Positions 60,870 through 64,000 of a stretch of 64,000 nt of DNA are shown piece by piece. Origin of the DNA: Terriglobia bacterium (GTDB lineage: Bacteria; Acidobacteriota; Terriglobia; 2-12-FULL-54-10); the NCBI GenBank assembly GCA_963666975.2, contig CAXVYR010000003.1, positions 1,216,001 through 1,280,000 of the forward strand, read 5' to 3'. Position 1 is the first letter of the stretch. Every line of letters begins with the position of its first letter. The notes beneath the pieces were generated by a model. It saw only the letters and a program-made list of their open reading frames with translations. It did not search any database and was not told the DNA's origin. The translations under genes and the position numbers were made by a program.

Positions 60870-61355
60870 TTATTCCACCTTGGCTCGGAGTCGCTCTTCC
60901 ACCACGGGCGGAACCAAACCCTTCACATCCCCGCCCAGTTGGCAGACTTCCTTCACCAACCGCGAGCTCAAATAGGTATAGGCCACGGCCGGCATCATAA
61001 AAACGGTTTCGATATTGGAGTCGAGCTTACGATTCATCAATGCCATCTGTAGCTCGTTTTCATAGTCGGAGACGGCTCGAATCCCCCGGAGGATCACACG
61101 CGCCTGGCAGCGGACGGCGAAATCCACCAGCAGCCCCCCAAAGGTGTCGACGGAAACATTCGAGCAATGCCGGGTAGCTTCTCGCAACATCTCCGCCCTT
61201 TCATCGACGCTGAACAGGGGATTCTTTTCGATGTTCCGAAGAACAGCCACGATGAGATTGTCAAAAATCTTGCTGCCCCGCTCGATGAGATCCAGATGAC
61301 CATTGGTGATTGGATCGAAGGTGCCCGGATAGATGGCCGTAAGGCGCTGAGTCAA
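60870..61355 (-). CDS. coaD: Pantetheine-phosphate adenylyltransferase
   Basis: YPGTFDPITNGHLD, RGIRAVSDYENE and LSSRLVKE motifs. Confidence 0.97.
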   Translation of the reverse strand: MTQRLTAIYPGTFDPITNGHLDLIERGSKIFDNLIVAVLRNIEKNPLFSVDERAEMLREATRHCSNVSVDTFGGLLVDFAVRCQARVILRGIRAVSDYENELQMALMNRKLDSNIETVFMMPAVAYTYLSSRLVKEVCQLGGDVKGLVPPVVEERLRAKVE

Positions 61356-61471
61356 CGCGAATCCTCACAGAAAAACTGAATCGTCGTGCGCTTGCCCCTC
61401 ATTATACTGACCGTCCAGATAGGCGTCAATGCTGGCGTGGAGAGACCTTTTGCGCGCCTCGCCAGTAAAGT

Positions 61472-62041
61472 TCAACCACTCCTGTAAAAACTCAACGCGC
61501 TCGATCCCCGCACGAGCAGCCGTTCACGCACCCATCCGCCCGCTTGCTCCTGCAACGATTCGCTCCGGCTATGCTCCAGGATCATCGCCGCGCCGCGCGC
61601 CATCAAGCGGCTGGCAGCCAGCCATTCCAGAGCGCGAACATACTCCTGGCGGACAGCGTAGGGAGGATCCAGGAAACAAAAATCCGCCCGCACGCCACGC
61701 TGCTCGAGCACTCGCAATCCTTTCCTCGCGGACGCGCGAATGGCTTCCGCCTTTTTACCAGCATCATTTTCACCTGCAATGAGCGCTGCAAGGTTTCCGA
61801 GCAAGATGCGGCTGGCAGCCGCATTCTGCTCAATCAGAAAAACCCGCCGGGCGCCGCGGCTCAACGCCTCCAGTCCAACCGCTCCGCTCCCTGCATAGCA
61901 ATCGATAAAAACGGAATCCTCCACGGCTGCCCCTAAAACGTCGAACAACGTCTCCCGCAGCCGGTCGCTCGTAGGACGCAACGACTGGCCCCGCATTGTC
62001 TTGAGAACCCGCCCTCGATAGTTACCCGCGATGATTCGCAT
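61472..62041 (-). CDS. rsmD: 16S rRNA (guanine966-N2)-methyltransferase
   Basis: MRIIAG, RPTSDRLRETLF, AGSGAVGLEALSRGA and DPPY motifs. Confidence 0.95.
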   Translation of the reverse strand: MRIIAGNYRGRVLKTMRGQSLRPTSDRLRETLFDVLGAAVEDSVFIDCYAGSGAVGLEALSRGARRVFLIEQNAAASRILLGNLAALIAGENDAGKKAEAIRASARKGLRVLEQRGVRADFCFLDPPYAVRQEYVRALEWLAASRLMARGAAMILEHSRSESLQEQAGGWVRERLLVRGSSALSFYRSG

Positions 62042-62074
62042 GGGTCAATATAAACTACCGCAGTGAAAAGTGAT

Positions 62075-62959
62075 TCACAGTCTGATGGGCACCAAACTGA
62101 AGCAGAAAAGAAAAACCAGGCCCAGCAGAAAACCTACGGCCTGTCGGTTAGAGCCCAAGGGCAGGCCGTCGTCAAAAGAACGCGGGTGCTGGATGCCGAA
62201 AATGAGCAGCAACACAAGAAGAGGCAGCCAAACGAAGGTTTGGTTTACAACACAATAAAGGGCAAGACCTCCAAACATGGCCTGCGCCACCAGCCGGCTC
62301 TTGGCTCCGAACAGCGCGTGGGTGATGTGCCCGCCGTCCAACTGGCCGATCGGCAGCAGATTCAGCGCCGTGACAAACATCCCGGCCCAGCCTGCAAATG
62401 CCAGCGGGTGCAGCAGGAGGGAAACATCATCTCCCATACTTCCGTGCGCCAGCCAGCCCATGGCTTGAAACAGCAGGGGTTCTCCCAAGGAAATGGTGTT
62501 GGAGGGCATGGAACCTTCGGGTATGACTTTGGAAAGAGTAATCCCCAGATAAGTCAGGGGGATTGCGAGAACCAAGCCAGCCAGAGGCCCCGCCGCCGCA
62601 ATATCAAACAGCGCTCGGCGGTGCGGAATGAGCGGTGACATCCGGATGAATGCCCCGAGCGTACCGAAAAGCGAAAGCGGGAAAGGGATGAAATAGGGAA
62701 GGGTGACAGGTACACGGTAGCTTTTGGCCGTAAAATAGTGGCCGAACTCATGGGCCAAAAGGATGGAGAGCAGCCCGGCAGAAAAGATCTCTCCCCCTAC
62801 CATCACCGTGCTGCCGATTGTCAGGACAAACAACAAGACGTGCAGCCACAAACGGGGACGGGGCATGGGACGCGGCACGGGGAAGAGGGGAGCTTGCTGG
62901 CTTCCGTAAACTTCCACCCCGTTTGAGAATGTGGGCTCCACCGGCCGCATAGTCGACAT
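62075..62959 (-). CDS. Site-2 protease (peptidase M50)
   Basis: HEFGH, AGPLAG and NLLPIGQLDGGH motifs. Confidence 0.93.
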   Translation of the reverse strand: MSTMRPVEPTFSNGVEVYGSQQAPLFPVPRPMPRPRLWLHVLLFVLTIGSTVMVGGEIFSAGLLSILLAHEFGHYFTAKSYRVPVTLPYFIPFPLSLFGTLGAFIRMSPLIPHRRALFDIAAAGPLAGLVLAIPLTYLGITLSKVIPEGSMPSNTISLGEPLLFQAMGWLAHGSMGDDVSLLLHPLAFAGWAGMFVTALNLLPIGQLDGGHITHALFGAKSRLVAQAMFGGLALYCVVNQTFVWLPLLVLLLIFGIQHPRSFDDGLPLGSNRQAVGFLLGLVFLFCFSLVPIRL

Positions 62960-63057
62960 CGTAACTAGTTTACACCATCCAGCTCGAAGCAGGCACCCAC
63001 TTCCGGCTGCCCGGACGGCAGCATCTTTCGCCTCCCATTCCTATGCGCTTGCAGCGT

Positions 63058-63088
63058 TTGACACCAGGCAGTTAAAGATGCTACAAAT
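63058..63088 (+). promoter_or_regulatory. Probable promoter of tRNA-Ala
   Basis: TTGACA, then TGcTACAAA about 18 nt downstream, about 20 nt before the tRNA. Confidence 0.5.
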
Positions 63089-63109
63089 TAAGGCGTCGAA
63101 CCGATTTAC

Positions 63110-63185
63110 GGGCCTGTGGCGCAGTTGGGAGCGCGCTTCAATGGCATTGAAGAGGTCACGGGTTCGAACCCCGTCAGGTCCACCA
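63110..63185 (+). tRNA. tRNA-Ala (GGC)
   Basis: GGGCCTGTGGCGCAGTTGGGAGCGCGCTTCAATGGCATTGAAG...GGTTCGAACCCCGTCAGGTCCACCA: anticodon GGC, G3:U70 pair, CCA end. Confidence 0.97.
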
Positions 63186-63266
63186 TTCCTCCCTTTTTGG
63201 CGTACTCATATCAGGATGAACGGCTCTTCAATTTTGCAGTCCGGCTTGTCCGGAAAGAAGCGGGTA

Positions 63267-64000
63267 ATGCAACGCTGGTCCCTCGACGTTGGTGACAATG
63301 ATGCTGGAAACAAAAAGGTGCGGAGTTGTTTCTCAACAGGAGTCCGCTATTCCCTGCGATGTTTTCTGCTCGGTCTCTTCACTCTTATTCTCGCGCCCAA
63401 CACCGCACAGGCGCAAGCGCCTTCGCTGGTAGTCGGTCCGAATGCAATGTTTTTCGGCGATGAGCTGCCGGTCACACAGGTGCTTACTGTGGCCGGCGAT
63501 GGCGGACCAGTAACTTTTTCGGCAACGGCCTCGGTGACGACACCGGCAGGCAGCAACTGGCTGTCGTTCAGTCCAACTAGCGGCGTAACCCCGCTCCAAC
63601 TCTTCGTAACTGTCAACCCGACCGGCCTCAATATAGGGACCTATTTCGGGTCAATCACAATTGTCGGAGATGCCGGTAATAGCCCGCTGACGGTGCCCGT
63701 AACTCTGGGGGTAGGATCATTCATGGGCGGCGACCCCCCGGCGAGGCTTGTGGTGAGTCCGGTGTTCCTGTCTTTTCTCATCAAATACCAGGAGAAACGA
63801 TAGCTGATCCCCAGCCGCCGGAGATTATCGCAATCGTAGTCGGCGGCAGCGATCCCTCTCACGTTTTCACCACCTCCATCATAACGCAGGACAGCGGGAG
63901 TTGGCTCAGCGTCAGCCCGGCTACCGGGAGCACCCCAGGCACGCTGACCGCATCGGTTGACCCAGCGGGATTAGTTTCGGGAACTTATATTGGAGCCATC
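63267..64000 (+). pseudogene. BACON-repeat secreted protein (acidobacterial surface protein type), apparent frameshift near 63775; runs off window
   Basis: Signal peptide ..TAQAQ. Repeat 1 NWLSFSPTSGVTP..VNPTGL.IGTY.G.I; repeat 2 SWLSVSPATGSTP..VDPAGL.SGTY.GAI lies in a different frame. Confidence 0.7.

Noticed and set aside
329-62638. Many long alternative-frame/antisense ORFs (e.g. 329-1186, 2549-3526, 38416-39681, 44198-45619, 57559-58779)
   Set aside because: They overlap well-supported genes and show no recognisable motifs; these are typical shadow ORFs of GC-rich DNA.
62931-63266. N-terminal extension of ORF 62931-63803
   Set aside because: It runs through the tRNA-Ala gene and its promoter; the true start is downstream.

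Overview
GC-rich bacterial chromosomal window, most likely Acidobacteriota (inferred from TIGR03437/BACON-type surface-protein sequences and general gene content). It holds intact housekeeping blocks: gltA, rnr, carD, folK-ruvBA, trpCFBA-chorismate mutase-tyrA, frdABCD, the manA-manC-pgm/aminotransferase/coaD/rsmD run, tRNA-Leu(CAA) and tRNA-Ala(GGC). Accessory blocks lie between them. (i) A ~12 kb aromatic-acid catabolism region: GntR, UbiX, an archaeal-type CTP-dependent riboflavin kinase, benzoate-CoA ligase, UbiD, TetR, a stand-alone 237-aa BoxB/PaaA-like di-iron protein and a one-Cys OsmC, interrupted by an IS3 element. (ii) A decaying czcCBA/P-II heavy-metal efflux operon preceded by a His-rich leader ORF ending in an RSPP arrest-like motif. 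(iii) A Na+-pumping acyl-CoA decarboxylase operon with no biotin-carrier gene. (iv) Toxin-antitoxin remnants inserted between trpB and trpA. Short tandem duplications (11-17 bp, mostly exactly 12 bp) are scattered through coding and non-coding DNA. No CRISPR array, rRNA or prophage is visible. All product calls come from motif recognition by eye, without database searches.
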